Shown here: in pieces, positions 1 through 12,995 of the stretch | How the letters are laid out: every line of letters starts with the position of its first letter | How positions within the stretch are numbered: position 1 is the stretch's first letter | From: Carcharhinus longimanus | Taxonomy: Eukaryota | DNA: 64,000 nt | Assembly (NCBI GenBank): GCA_030264375.1 | Contig: JASCQW010000099.1 | Location: forward strand, 65,360,087-65,424,086 | Direction of reading: 5' to 3' | Made by a program: the position numbers and the translations under genes | The notes under the pieces: generated by a model | The model's database searches: none | The model's input: only the letters and a program-made list of their open reading frames with translations | What the model was told of the DNA's origin: nothing

Positions 1-615
1 TTTCAAGTTTTTAGGTGTCCAGATCACCAACAACTTGTCCTGGTCCCTCCATGCCGACACTATAGTTAAGAAAGCCCCTCAACTTTCTTAGGAGGCAGAC
101 GAAATTCGGCATGTCCACTACGACTCTCACCAACTTTTATAGATGCACCACTGAAAGTATCTTTTCTGGATATATCACACCTTGATATGGCAACTGCTCT
201 GACCAAGACCTGAAGAAACTACAAAAGGTTATGAACAAAGTCCAGTCCATCACACAAACCAGCCTCCCATCCATTGACTCTGTCTACACTTCCTGCTGTC
301 TTGGAAAAGCAGCTAGCATAATTAAGGATCCCATGCACTCCAGACATATTCTTTTCCACCTTCTTCCATCGGGAAAAAGGTACAAAAGTCTGAAACCACA
401 TACCAACTGACTCAAGGACAGCTTTTTCCCTGCTGCCATCAGACTTTTGAATGGACTTATCTTGTACTAGGTTGATGTTTCTCTCTACGCCTTAGCTATG
501 ACTACAACACTACATTCTGCACTGTGTGCACTTTGTCTGTAAAGCACAAGAAACAATACTTTTCACTGTATGCCAATACATGTGCCAATAATAAATCAGA
601 TCAAATCAAAATCAA
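1..615 (+). mobile_element. Rex1/Babar-type LINE, 3' end (ORF2 C-terminus, 3'UTR, ATCAA-like tail)
   Basis: Degenerate FKFLGVQITNNLSW...NFYRCTTESI motifs; ends AATAATAAATCAGATCAAATCAAAATC; same family as the - strand copy at 32033-33262. Confidence 0.85.
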
Positions 616-624
616 AACAGTGGC

Positions 625-845
625 TCAAATTTAAAATTGTCATCCTTGTGTTCAAATTGGTCTGTGGCATATCGTTTTGCTGCCTCTGCAACCTTCCCCA
701 AGTCTTACAATCCTCCAACAACTCTGCATTCCTCCAACTCCTGCCTCTTGTCCAGACTCACTTCTTTCATATCACCATTGCTTTCATAGCTTCTGTCCTT
801 GAGGCTCTCTGCATGTGTCCATCTTTAAGATACTCCTTTTAAATA
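625..845 (+). mobile_element. L2-type LINE 3' fragment
   Basis: FKIVILVFK motif (L2 ORF2 C-terminal FKIL.L.FK.L) followed by CTTTAAGATACTCC; resembles 12530-12995. Confidence 0.55.
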
Positions 846-1076
846 AAAAAAATGTGAAACTGGGATAGTTTGTGCTGTTTTACGGTACTAAGTGTGTCCC
901 ATGATCTCCAAAATGGCATCTGCTGTGCCTGTGCACATTTTTCTGGTGAATTGCCTTGGATGCAATATAGCTGAGGGTATTAGCCCATATGCAGTGAATG
1001 GCCTCCAGACACACGAACCAGGTAGATCATGATTCGCTGATTTTATATGAGCAGTGCCAATTTTGAGCTGATGTTC

Positions 1077-1529
1077 AGCAGCATGGTGGCAAAGTGGTTA
1101 GCACTGCCGCCTCAAAATCAGGGATGTGGGTTCAATTCCAGCTTAGGGTGGCTGTCTGTGTGGAGTTTGTTCTCCTGGGTGCTCCAGTTTCCTCCCTCAG
1201 TCCAAAGATGTGCAGGTTAGATGGATTGCCAGTGCTAAATTATCCTTTAATGTCTCAAGATGTATGGGTTAGGTGGGTTAGCCATGGTAAATGTGTGGGG
1301 TTATGGAGATAGGATTGAGGGGAGGACCTGGGTAAGATGCTGGTTGGGATTCTCTGGCTACGCTTGCCCTACGGCAGAAAATCCTGCCTGAGATCAATGG
1401 ACTTTTGCATGGTCCCTGTCCAGCCTGCTACAATTCCTGTGGCGGGCAGGGCAGTAAATTCTGGTGGCTGAGTCAGTGCAGACTCGATTGGCCGAATGGT
1501 CTCCTGCATTATAGTGATTCTATGGTTCT
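1077..1529 (+). mobile_element. HE1-type tRNA-derived SINE interrupted by a short MITE (~1345-1465)
   Basis: GTGGCAAAGTGGTTAGCACTG (A-box) and GGTTCAATTCC (B-box) head, V-SINE-like core, CR1-like tail GGCCGAATGGTCTCCT...GATTCTATG. Confidence 0.85.
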
Positions 1530-1744
1530 AACGCACTCACTTAACCACCATACAGCTGAGTGTATTCATCAGCAGGAAGGGCATACTGCACTTTTTTCTT
1601 TTTTTCTGAGTAATATGTTCAAGATGATTGAATAATCAGAATCACTTCAAATCACTCAGTGTTCAAGCATTATCCAGAAATTTTTAAAAATTATTCTTGT
1701 AACAATTTTATGTATCTACTTAGAGACTTTAATACAATTTACAG

Positions 1745-2150
1745 CAGGGGTTCCAAAAGCATGTGCTGCGACCCCCCGCGGGCTCATGGAATGAGCAACT
1801 GGGGTCATGAGTTCCAAAGCAACAAGGGCAGTTGCAGAATGCAAATTCAGGCAAGACAGGCCTTTGATCAGGTTTCAAATGTCAGGACATTCACAACCTT
1901 TTTCATTTGCTATCCAGTGGTTCATGTGATAAGGATACATGGTCCAAAACCTTTTCACTGCCGCCAGCAGAGCCTTTGAAAGGTTGGTGAGAAAATAATA
2001 CCCCACCTCCCCCTCTCACAAAGCTTCTCCACCCTTTCTCATAACTCCACCACCCCCCCCCCCCCATCTTCTCTCCTCTCTGTCTCACTGGGGTCACACC
2101 AAGTTCCAAACGTTAAAATGGGATTACGAGCAGAAGTTCGAGATGCACTG
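1745..2150. mobile_element. Non-autonomous hAT (Charlie-like) DNA transposon
   Basis: Begins CAGGGGTTCCAAAA, ends GAGATGCACTG (degenerate CAG..CTG TIRs); GCGACCCC/GGGGTCAC subterminal motifs; degenerate 8-bp flanks atttacag/atttgcca. Confidence 0.6.
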
Positions 2151-3179
2151 ATTTGCCATAACTAAAATTTAATTGGGTATAATAAAAGATCGGTTTCACC
2201 ATTAAATAGATTAGTCAACTTTAGTAATTCCAATTTAAGTCAGATCAATATTTGATTAACTAAACACGATATAAACTGAAGAAGAGGGCAATGTCCCTAC
2301 CAGTAAAACAGTAACATTCACATGTGCTTAAAAAACACAGTAAGCATCGTCTTTTCTTAATATCATGCTNNNNNNNNCATCACAAGGCCATCGTCCAGAT
2401 TTAAACCATTTAGTGAAAAATGTTGACCTCACCTGGAATATATCCTGATCTTCCCATTGTTAACTGCAGATTCCTTTAGATCATGACATGTGGGAAACAT
2501 TTTTTCAATGAACTCCACCTTTACAAAAGTGGAGAATATCATGTTGGGCTCACTAAGATGTTATACCACTTTCTTTTTCTAACTCATTACTTTAAACATC
2601 AGGATAAAGATACATGTAGTTGTAACAATACAGAATCAAGTTTTTAATGAAACATCATATTCATAATTTAATATGTTCGCAGGTCTAAATGTGCAGCGCG
2701 CCACACTTCTGTAAGTTTGCTCAGGGACAGCACACTTCATAATTCCAGTATGAGTATAGCATATAATAGCTCACATATAATTCATATAAATTCAATCTTT
2801 GATCACTACATTCCATGCATACTATCACTAAATCATAATCGATCAAAGATACATACAAGTGATATCAGAATAACAGCATTGAGCCTGAAAAATGCACTTA
2901 GCTCTTGTCAGTCTCCTCTAACCATTGTTACCATGGTTATACTGTCCTTTTAAACTCCATGGTTATGTTGCCGTCACAAATTCATTCGATCATTTTATTA
3001 CTATAAACATACGTGACCTGATTAATATCTTTCAAACCATCAGGGATATGGATGAGTGAAGTTTGCAGTCCATTAGCTTCTTTGTCTGTGAAGGCATCCT
3101 TGGCTTAGGCCCACTTACACAATTCATCTTCTGCTCAGCAGGAAGCTGTTTTAATTCATTGTGTGCTGATCTCACAGAC

Positions 3180-3790
3180 AGCCCAAGATTTCAAGGTGCA
3201 TAGTTAGCGAATTCTCATTCCTACAAGAAGTTTCCCTATGTTGTAAGGTGCCAACGACTGCATGTACATCACTTTGTGGATGCCACATGTCAACTCTTCC
3301 CTACACTGGAATCAAAAGGAATTTCACTCCCTCAATGTTCAACTGGCGTATGAGCTTTGATAGAAAATCATGCAGTATCGTAGCAGCAGTAGCAATGCCT
3401 TCCGTTGGACCCACCATGCTAAACAAATGGATGCTAGCTATACATATATTATATATATCTACTGAAGCCATAGCCAATTCTGCTGCATGACCAATGGACA
3501 TGTGTGCAGTAGACATACAAAGCCATGATGCCACCCAAAATGCGATAGAGCAGAACATTGGCTTGATGAAACAATGCTTTTGCTGCCTAGATCACACTGT
3601 GGGAGCCCTGAAAACACTTCAGGGAAGTTGTTAAGTATTGCTGGTGGTCTGCATGCTGCACAACCTTGCTATAATGAGAAGTCAGTCTTGCCAGCAACTA
3701 CAAGGTGAGCAGTTGAGGAGGAAAAAGTGAGATGGCAATTTGGACAGTTCCTTAAGGACCATCTATGAGGAAATCATTGCGTATGATACC
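3180..3790 (+). mobile_element. PIF/Harbinger transposase pseudogene fragment
   Basis: Frameshifted HARBI1-like motifs: NQKEFHSLNVQL (cf. NRKGFHSINVQ), HDATQNAIEQNIGLMKQCFCCLD, VVCMLHNLA. Confidence 0.8.
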
Positions 3791-5799
3791 AGTAACTTCA
3801 ACCCTAATTCTTCATTCACCAATAGTCTCACACCTTACTTTCCCTCCATTGCTTACAATCACAGTGCTTGCTTGGGCACAAGGCAAGAATAAAGGTGAGG
3901 GGGGGAGGTGGTTGACCTTGTCAGATGGCCAACGGGAATCCCGATGCCCCACTTACTTGGGTGTCAGCCAAAAATCCAGATTCCTGCTGGATATCATGGC
4001 TATCGGGATTGACCAATTGATTCCCATCCATAGTGGCGGGCAATCTGATTATTGCACAAAACCCACTAATTTTAATACAATTAGCAGCAGGCTTGATGGC
4101 CCATTCGCCCCCACCTTCCTCTCTCACCATTCACTTGCCTCTCCAGAAGGAAATGCATCAGGTAGGCTTTGGTGCTGGTCATGACCAGTGTAGCTAGGCA
4201 TGCTGGACCTCGAGGGGGTTCAAGGAGCTAGGTCCAGTGATCATTTGCCCTTCTGCGACTGTCAGACTGCAGAGGAAGGATCCGCTAAGGGTCCTGGGCA
4301 TTGGATGGGTTCAGGCTGGGGCAAGGAGTTGACCTTGCCATTTCCCTTCAGGATGGGAGTTTTGTGGAAAGACTGTCCCTTTTAGCCCTGCCAAACCTGA
4401 AGATCATCCCTGGCAACAAAGACTCTTAAGCTGGATTGACAGCTGTGTGTTTTTCAAAGGGAATATGGTTTCACTTCCTTTTTTGCAGACCACTTAAACC
4501 CTTTGAAGAAACCACATCTGTCAATCAGGTTTAGAGTTATCATAAACATTGCGTTAGGAACCATGGGGATACTCAACATACTTAAGCATTCAAGTGTGAA
4601 GGGGAAGATAAATAAACAGAGTTGACAGGAGGCTGAATAGAAATCCATTGAACTGTCAATCAAAGCCTATTTCAAAGCACTACGAAATTGAAAGAGATCA
4701 AATGTTTTCAATTTAGTAGAGAGGGTTCCAAAGGTTTCAGCTTTCCAGGGAGATTAAGAGACTTCATATGAAAGCTCTGTGAATACATTGGGCATGAGTG
4801 AAAAGCTGTGGAGAAGTGGACATGTCCATCCCATGAAATTGACATCCCCTTTCTGTCAGACCTGCAGCCTCTGACAAAGAGAAAGGGAAATCCTTACTGC
4901 AGAATGGAGAGCTGCTGTGACTTAAAACCTTGCCAGATGTACAGGGAGCATGGAGATTAAAGTGACAAATTTTCACAGTTGACAGGCAGGAAAGAAGATG
5001 TTAATCAGAGAGCTGCTTGAAATCACCATGCCAGGGTCATCTTCAAGTCTGCCAAGGCTTGAAGGGGCAGTCCAGCTACGAGATTCTCATCCCAAGAGAG
5101 GGACATTTTATGCACATGAACCTTTCCTCTGCAGCAACAGTGGGCACATGGGCACGGGACTTCAGGATGTAAGGTGCCAGGCCAGGGTGTCAGTGCCAGG
5201 GCACTGGTCTAATTATGGGCATGAGGGGTCTGAGGATGGAGGTGGCTGAATAGAGGGCTGAGGGAGGAGTGGGGCTGTAGCAATCTGAGGGAGGGGGGTC
5301 CTGGGGGCGGAGGGGTTGGGTCTGGTCATCATCATGCCCATGTGATGTGGGGACAAGGTCTTGACTCATTATTTAATTAGTGGGGGGAGGGGGGAAAGAT
5401 GTTCCAACTAAGGAGTTGGTGGTGCTCCCCTTGTCAGCAAGGTAGTGTGGCACCATTTTGGCTTTTTGGAGGGACGGGGACCTGTCTATGAATACAGAGA
5501 TTGGGGTTCCCTTTATAAAGGGCCTTTGATCTCTGATCGACAGGGCTGGCCAGCCTGAATCATAGGGTGTGTATATTTGCACCAATCAGGTGAGTGAATC
5601 CCACCTGACAGGTGCTGCAAGCGTGAAACCCTCCCATTTTCATGCCGACAGGAGTGCGTAGTTTGAAAGTGAATGAATCGCAGCCAAAAAGCACAACGAA
5701 ATAAGCATTCCAAGCCATGTTTAAAAATGAAATCAGTCACGATTAAGGTCAATTAATCACCTTTGTAAATCCCGTTAGTTCCTGTCTTCTGTATGCTTT

Positions 5800-7680
5800 T
5801 ACCTATTCTTGTACTCCTAGTCGTGCTACTCCAGTAGCATGGCTGATGAAAGGCTTTCAATGGAGGAGAATGCAGATGGTTCTGGAGGATGCTCTCAAGC
5901 AACCCTGGGCCCAGAAAGCCTGGCTGCAGACAATATTATCACAACACGAGCAGCAGCAATCTGGGCTGGCTGACAGGGAACTTCGAGGAATCAGTAGAGT
6001 GGCAGGGGAGGGAGGGAGAACATTGTCTTGGTAGTATTGGTGACACTTTCACTCTTTTGGGATGATGCCTCGACAAACCTGCTAACCTTGAAGGACAGCT
6101 CACTGGGCTGTTGTGAAAATCACAAGCCCCTTTACAAATTGTAATCCTCAACCACGATGGCAGCAGTTTGAGCCTTCACTGCGGCATACAAAAGGTGGAT
6201 GCTGTTTGTGCTGTTGTGCTGAAAATTAAAATCGGCAGATTGGCCATCAGATGGTACATCATGATTGGATATACAAGTGTCCAAATGCCTTACATATACC
6301 GCAAAGGATGAACTCCAAACTTTGTGTAAAGCCCTGTGCTAAGTTGGTGCTGGACTCTCCCATTTTTCTTGACTTTGACTGCTGGCTTTTTGACAGGTTT
6401 CCCAATGTAGCAAACATTTAGTTGTGCCTATCCATCAACGTTCTTCAGTAATCTGCCCCACCAAATGCTAATTTGAATCCTTTGCAGTATAGTTGTGTTA
6501 ACTTGCCTTCTTGTGAGCTAGTACCTGTATTGGCCTCGTCACCTGTAGTGCTGGAGTGTGAAATATACTGAGCCGCTTGTCAACCAACTTTTGCTGTTTC
6601 TCCACAGTGTGGCCTGTTTACACTTCCTGGGTCTCTTAAAGGAGAAAGATCAAGGGTAATACTGTGACAAGGCGAGGGGACTGAAGATAAAAGTAAGATG
6701 TACCTGTAAATCAGAAGAGATTGTGGAATGTAAAAAGAGGAATAAGTATGAGGATACTTTCTTCTGCAATCATGTAGCCCCACCACAGACCGCAGCTTTG
6801 CAATAATAATAATGCCATCTCCATCATAGAGTTAAACGATGCAGAGGTGCCTACCTCACTCTGGTTAGCTCCTCCTGCCTCCCATTGTATGTAATCTTGT
6901 TCTACAAGAGAGAAAGGAGTGCTACAGTGAATGTGATGCAATCTGTTTGGATGATATGGCTGTCATTGGATGAATAGCTGACAGTGTATGCAAGCTGTGA
7001 GATGTTAATATGAGGTCTGCAACCATGCTAAGTGTTTGAGGATGCAGTGAAGCATATGAATGTCAGGTATCAGCCCTGATGAATAAAGATTGTTGGTAGG
7101 TGATTGATGGGGGTTTGATGAATTGAGCAATTGCTGAAGGAAGCAGTACAGTAGCTAGGACATGGCATTTGAATTTGCATTCACTGAACCTAACTGTTCA
7201 TGTGAGGTAATGGAACTTATTCCATAGGACTTGAATCTTGGTACTGACCTCCTTCACTATCTGCTTCTAATGCCTTCATAGCATGTGTCTGGAGTGCCAC
7301 CTGGACACCCCTGTATATTCTGGACATCTTTCCTTCTTCTCACCTCTTCCAGTGCAGCATTGGAAAACCTTGGAGCCCACTCTCCCCATGTTGTATCACT
7401 GTTCAATGTTTCGAAGTCAGATTCACTTCTTCTACATCAGCATCTGTTCCCTCTTAATGGGGGAAGACCAGCTTTAAGAAGTGCAGGCTAGCTTTAAATG
7501 TAGCTAGCCACCCACAAAATTGGCTCCCTGCTGATAAGTCCTGCCAATGAACAGCATGGTTAGTACTGTTGGATGCTGAAATCATTGAAATCAATCTGAA
7601 ATTGACATGCTGCCCGTGTTACAATCATTAGGCCCAGGTTAATTATGATCCATGCATTTTTGGGTGCAATCAAATTTAGC
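5800..7680 (-). mobile_element. Harbinger second gene (Myb/SANT-like) remnant and element end
   Basis: - strand EWAPRFSNAALEEVRRRKDV at ~7335-7395 resembles the Myb_DNA-bind_5 start (RAPRFS..EL..LVEEV); convergent with the transposase at 3180-3790. Confidence 0.55.
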
Positions 7681-8169
7681 CCCAATCTCTGACTGAGATT
7701 TTTGCCAGTGCTCATAATATTATGTCTTTGGTTGGCTTAAATTCAATTTTGTCTGTTTATAGTCCCATGTACAACAATGGAACTATAAATATTAAATGTG
7801 CAGGAAAGTACAAGTTTTGTTATTGTAGTTGAGTGCTTTAATTACCCCAATTGCAGGTGTAGGCCCAGTTTCATTCCCTTGGGGCAGTCCTGATAGTCTT
7901 GAGGAAAGAGGACAAAAATTTTATGTACCTAACTTCAACTTCCTTTTCCTCTCCATTATGCCTGGCAATGGAAAGCTATATGGATGAATATTGTGGCTCA
8001 TATGTTATGTGAATTCTAACAATACACCCAGTGTAGTTGAAAGAAATGGAGATCCATTTCCTGTTGATGGCCAGAGTTTTTAAGAAAAGGATTATAAAGT
8101 TGTTGGATATAGAAAATAATGCTTCATGGACTTGACGTATGCCGTGGTTGATTGCTCTGGCAATATATT

Positions 8170-8520
8170 ATCAAGGGAATCCTGAAAGAAGACAGTGATG
8201 TAGAAGCTCAAGATATTTGTGACTTTCAGTGCCGTTAGCAGAACCATCTGACTCACAAGGAAGGTTTGGCAGTCTGGTTGCAGATGATGGCAAGTTCCAT
8301 GCTATTTTTCTGGTGAAATGTAATTTGCAAAGACATATCTCCTCTGACATATAAGTAACTGCGGTGGTCTCTACACACATCCCTTCTACTGAACCTTTTC
8401 TAAAGCAGGTGCATGGGCTTCTGCTGATGCTTGATCTGCTCCTTCAGTTCCTTGAGAGCAAGAGGATTTCTCAAAGTAATCTCCATCTTATGCAGGTTGC
8501 AGGCATTGTCAATGAGTAAA
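8170..8520 (-). mobile_element. Harbinger transposase N-terminal fragment
   Basis: - strand VCRDHRSYL/MSEEICLCKLHFTRK resembles the HARBI1-type N-terminus (..SYL.LSEEQC.RRLRFTK). Confidence 0.6.
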
Positions 8521-8859
8521 GGGAAATAGAAATGTTAGAATAGGGAGAAAAGGGAAGGTTGCATGAAGTGAGTATGAGAACAGCTGTATTTCCATGAACT
8601 CAGGCACTACTCAGTTTGAAATCCTTTCATTTATCACACTTACAGAGCTCATATTTACCTAACCTGGGAGTGAGAACTCCACATTATGTCCTTCGCATGT
8701 ATCCACATTACACTGCATCTGCCATGCATTTTTCACTCACTCAACTTGTCCAAATTGCATTGACGCATCTCTGTATCCTCCTCACAGCTCACCACTCCCC
8801 CACCCCCCCAGCTTTGTTTCATCTGCTCTTGAATCAGCTCTCGATCCGGCATCCTTGAA

Positions 8860-10388
8860 AGCATTACAGTTGATATTATTAATGTCATTGATAAGAAACT
8901 TAGTCTATTAGCATAAAGTATCAGTGCACATACTATAGAACTGCAGAATACTGGCAAAAGGCTTGATGAAGCGAAGGAGAGAATTGTTCCTGTCGGAAAT
9001 AAAACTTCCTCAGTTGAGGCCTGCTTGCAATCAAAAGCAGCTGCGTGATATATCAGAATTTCTTGACAATCTGAAGAACTGACACCAGAGGAAAAATGCC
9101 TGGATTATTGGTTTGCCAGAAAGAGCTGAGGTAAGCTTCCAATTATTTTCTTTGAGAGCTGGCTGCCATATTTCCTTAATTTATAAACAAAAGCTGAGCA
9201 TACCAAGTTAGGAAGGGCACATCGTGTCCTGTTTCTGAGGCCTAGGGACAATCAAAGACCCCGACCCATAATTACGTGTTTTCAAAACTTCAAAGATTGC
9301 CAAAGAGTATTGGAGGCAGCTAGACATAATGGGGCCTTACTCTATGATGGAGCGAAGATCTCTTTCTTTCAAGATTTCTCAGTGGCAATACAACAGAAGT
9401 ACAAGGGCTTTCATGATGTTAGAAGATGATTGAAAGCCATTGGAGTGTAATATACCTTACTGTTTCGTGGTACACTGAGGGTGACATTGACCAATTCTAT
9501 AAATTTGACAATCTAGCTCAAGCCATGGCTTCTGTGAACTCTGTGGAAGGCAATAGTTTGGAGTAGCAGACTGTGGCTCACTGTAAAATCCAGACACTAA
9601 TCTTTATCATTATGATTCCTTTCTGATTCTGTGTCGGTATTTATCACTCTGGCAAGGGTGATCTAGTAATTGAGCGCCACAATCCTTAAGATTTGCAGAG
9701 ACTTCCCTTCATTCTTAATGGAGGATGTTCCTCAGCATGCACCTTCCAGTTAAGGAGTACGCTGTACAGATTCTACAATTCTAGTGCTGCGTAAAAATAT
9801 CTTCCTTTCTTTTCATTTGTATTCTTATAATGGTGGTATATGTTTTATAGTCTTCTTTACTCTGATCGTGATAAACATGGGTAGCACCACTGCTGGGAGG
9901 TGGGCGAGTGGCTTAAGTCTTAAATAGGAAGGGATAGAATGCTGAAGGGGTGATGACTGCTTGGTAATTATGGAAGGTGTGGAGGTATAGCTCTACATGG
10001 CCTCACATTTGGTGAGGAAAACCCCATTTAAACCAATAGGTTTCACATTTTTTTTATTTAAAGAATTGTTAATTGGTACCTGCACATGTACAATACTTTC
10101 CATAGATTGTGAAGAACTGCCTCTAAGATACTATATGTGAAGTTTCGCGCCACTTTGCTGTGTTTCCATGGCTTTATCCTCTTTTCCTCCATTCTGTTAC
10201 TTGTCCTCTAATTTTGTGTATGTGGAAAGACTGGGTAAACTGAACAAACTGAACTAAATGTGTTGGTTTCCTTGTGTCTTTTTCCATATTTATATATGGA
10301 CATATTATCAAGCTGTATTGTACCAGTTTTGAGGGTGCTTTGCGTTATTTATAACAAGGCATAAACTCTAATAAAAATATATTAAAAA
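8860..10388 (+). mobile_element. L1 LINE remnant: ORF1, inter-ORF region and A-rich 3' end, ORF2 essentially missing
   Basis: RKNAWIIGLPERAE, GRAHRVLFLRPRDNQRPRPIITCFQNFKDCQRVLEAAR, KISFFQDFS (Transposase_22/L1 ORF1p motifs); ends AATAAAAATATATTAAAAAA. Confidence 0.8.
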
Positions 10389-10768
10389 AGGAGAAAACAA
10401 AGATAAAAATAACAAAGTACAATGCAAAAAGTTACACCTAACCATCTATTGCAACCCAAGTAATACAAAAATAGTCAAAAAATTGTCTGAAGATAATATT
10501 ATAGAGTCAAGAAGCACAACTATAAGAAGCTTTTCTTGGTGCTATTCTGCTGGAAGGTGCTCAAACTACTGATGGAAATGTGTGGGATTTGGATGACAGA
10601 TTAGAACTCCTCCCAAATACATAATGTTACATGAAATAATGAGAACTGCACCTTGGAGCAAAATTGCACACAGTTCTCCAGGTATGGTCTCACCATTGCA
10701 GTAACTCTTGCATTAGCATCCTTTCTCTATCATGGCTAACACACCATTTTTTCCAATTGCTTGCTGTG

Positions 10769-11087
10769 TGGCACAATGGCAAAGTGGTTAGCACTGCTGC
10801 CTCACAGCATTGGGGACCTGGGTTCAATTCCTATCATGGGTCACTGTCTGTGTGATGTTTGCACATCCTCCCTGTGTCTGCAGGGGTTTCCTCCAGGTGC
10901 TTCAGTTTCCTCCCACAATCTAAAAATGTGTGGGTTAGATGGATTGGCCATGCTAAATTGCCTCTTAGTGTCAGGCGGATTAGTTAGGGTAAATGTATGG
11001 GGTTATGGGAATAGGGCCTGGGTGGGATTGTGGTCAGTGCTGACTCAGTGGGCTGAATGGCCTCCTTCAGCACTGTAGGATTTTATG
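10769..11087 (+). mobile_element. HE1-type SINE, near full length
   Basis: tRNA-like head GTGGTTAGCACTGCTGCCTCACAGC...GGTTCAATTCC, core, tail GGGCTGAATGGCCTCCTTCAGCACTGTAGG. Confidence 0.9.
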
Positions 11088-11989
11088 AAACTTACATGTT
11101 AACGTTTTGTGATTTGTACACAAATCCGTTTGAAGACAGACACTTATTAATTGTCAAGAGCTCATTTTTGTAACATGTTATTGTTATTCAAGCTTTATTA
11201 TGGCTATCTCTTTCTATCATTTACAGTAACATATTGTATACCACTTATTAATCAGGTAGCTTATTTACAGACTTCTTGCCATTAGCAATCAAACAGCATG
11301 TAACAGGCTGGTATTGAATTAAATTGGCAGCTCTCCTTCCTCAGTTGATGGAGATATGTTATTATATCAGTGAAACCTTTTATGAATCACTGATAATGTG
11401 AACATAATCACAGAACACTTCTTGTGTCAGTAGTTCTGTTGGCAGCAATTTTTGTCAGATCAGTTTCCACACTGGTAAACCATGTCTGAGGAAATAGACT
11501 TGCTGAAGAAACAGGTGCCATTTTTATCATTAGTATAAATCCATTGTACAAGTAACTGTCAGAGCCTAACAACTGCACTTTCTGAACTTCTTGGCACAAA
11601 CACTGACAAATAGTGATGTAATCTGAATATACTAAGCACATTTGCCCAGTCAAACCTTTCAACACTTGCTTCACTGAACATTCAGGTTTAAAAACTATGC
11701 TAGTAAAATTATAAAGGCCACTTTTTGAAATGGAAATTATTTCTGATAAAGCTGCTCAATAAATTTGATTTTCTCATATCCAGCAAATAAATTTGATGCT
11801 GAAAAACTAGCAACTGGATCTAAAATCATTGATCAGTTTGAGAAAACAGTACCAAAACAGCTCTTATCAAAGTCACAAATGACATCATATGTGACTGTGA
11901 CAAAAGTAAACTTTCGCTCCTCGTCCTGCGTGCAGCCTTGTCATGGCTCACCACACCATCCTCTTCCAATGCCTCTCCATTGTCATCCA

Positions 11990-12995
11990 GCTAGTTGGGA
12001 GTGCTCTCACGTGGTTCCATTCTGATCTTTCTGATCATAGTCACTTGTAATGATTTATTTTCCTACTCATGCATTGTGATCTCTGTTGGCCCCCCTCCAT
12101 CCACATGCTGTCCCTTAATGACATCATCCAAAGGCACTGTCATCGTTTTCACATGTACACTGACAACAGCTCATCTGCCTTGTTACCTCTATACTTGACT
12201 ACTCCAATACACTCCTGGCTGGCCTCACACGTTCTACCCTCTGTAACCTTGAGATTGCCCAGAATGTTGTGCTCGTACCTTTCATTTATTCGTGTGTGCT
12301 CTGTCCAAAGGTAGGTCCTTGGCTCATTGCCTGCTGTTTATCTGCCAGTTTTCTTCTTAGCATTGGTTTGCCATTGCCTTCTGATCTCAAGGGCAGGACA
12401 AGGAGGCAAATCCAAATCTATTGCAGCCAGAACAGAAATCAAACCTGTGCTGTTGGCTTTTTTCTGAACCATAGGTTAGACATCTAACCAACTGAGTTAA
12501 CTTGCTGAATTCACAGCAGATCCCATTCCCCTATCAAAACTATGCTTGCTGACTTACATTGGCTTCTGGTCAAGCAACGTGTCGATTTTAAAATTCTCAT
12601 CCTTATTTTTAAATCCCTTCATGGCCTCTCCCCTCCCTACCTCTGTAATTTCATCCAATCCTTCAGTCCTCAGAGGTAACTGCACTCATCTAATTCTGGC
12701 CTCTTGAGTAATCCATTTTTAATTGTTCCACTGTTGGTGACTGTGCCTTCAATCGAGGCCTCAAGAGCTGTGCTGAAAACCTCCAACCTCCTCCATGCTT
12801 GGACTCCCCGGTGCTTCTACAGAGAATGGAGTTTTGGCTGAGTGCCAAATTTTCCATTCTTTCTGGCAGTCATGCAGCCATCGATGAGATCAGAGAATCC
12901 TGCCCCTAGAATACCTTCTCTTCACCTCTCTGCCTCTTTGTTGCGCTTTCCTTCTTTAAGACATTCAATGGAAGCTACTTCTCTGACCAAGCTTT
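11990..12995 (+). mobile_element. L2 LINE fragments interrupted by other repeats
   Basis: LTWFHS, FHMYTDNSS (FHMYADD RT motif), MLADLHWLLVKQRVDFKILILIFKSLHGLSPPYL. Confidence 0.7.

Noticed and set aside
10769-10835. tRNA gene suggested by A-box and B-box
   Set aside because: It is the tRNA-derived head of an HE1 SINE, repeated many times in the window.
11408-11800. Possible - strand terminal exon (88-aa ORF; acceptor near 11798)
   Set aside because: No recognisable homology and no linked upstream exon.
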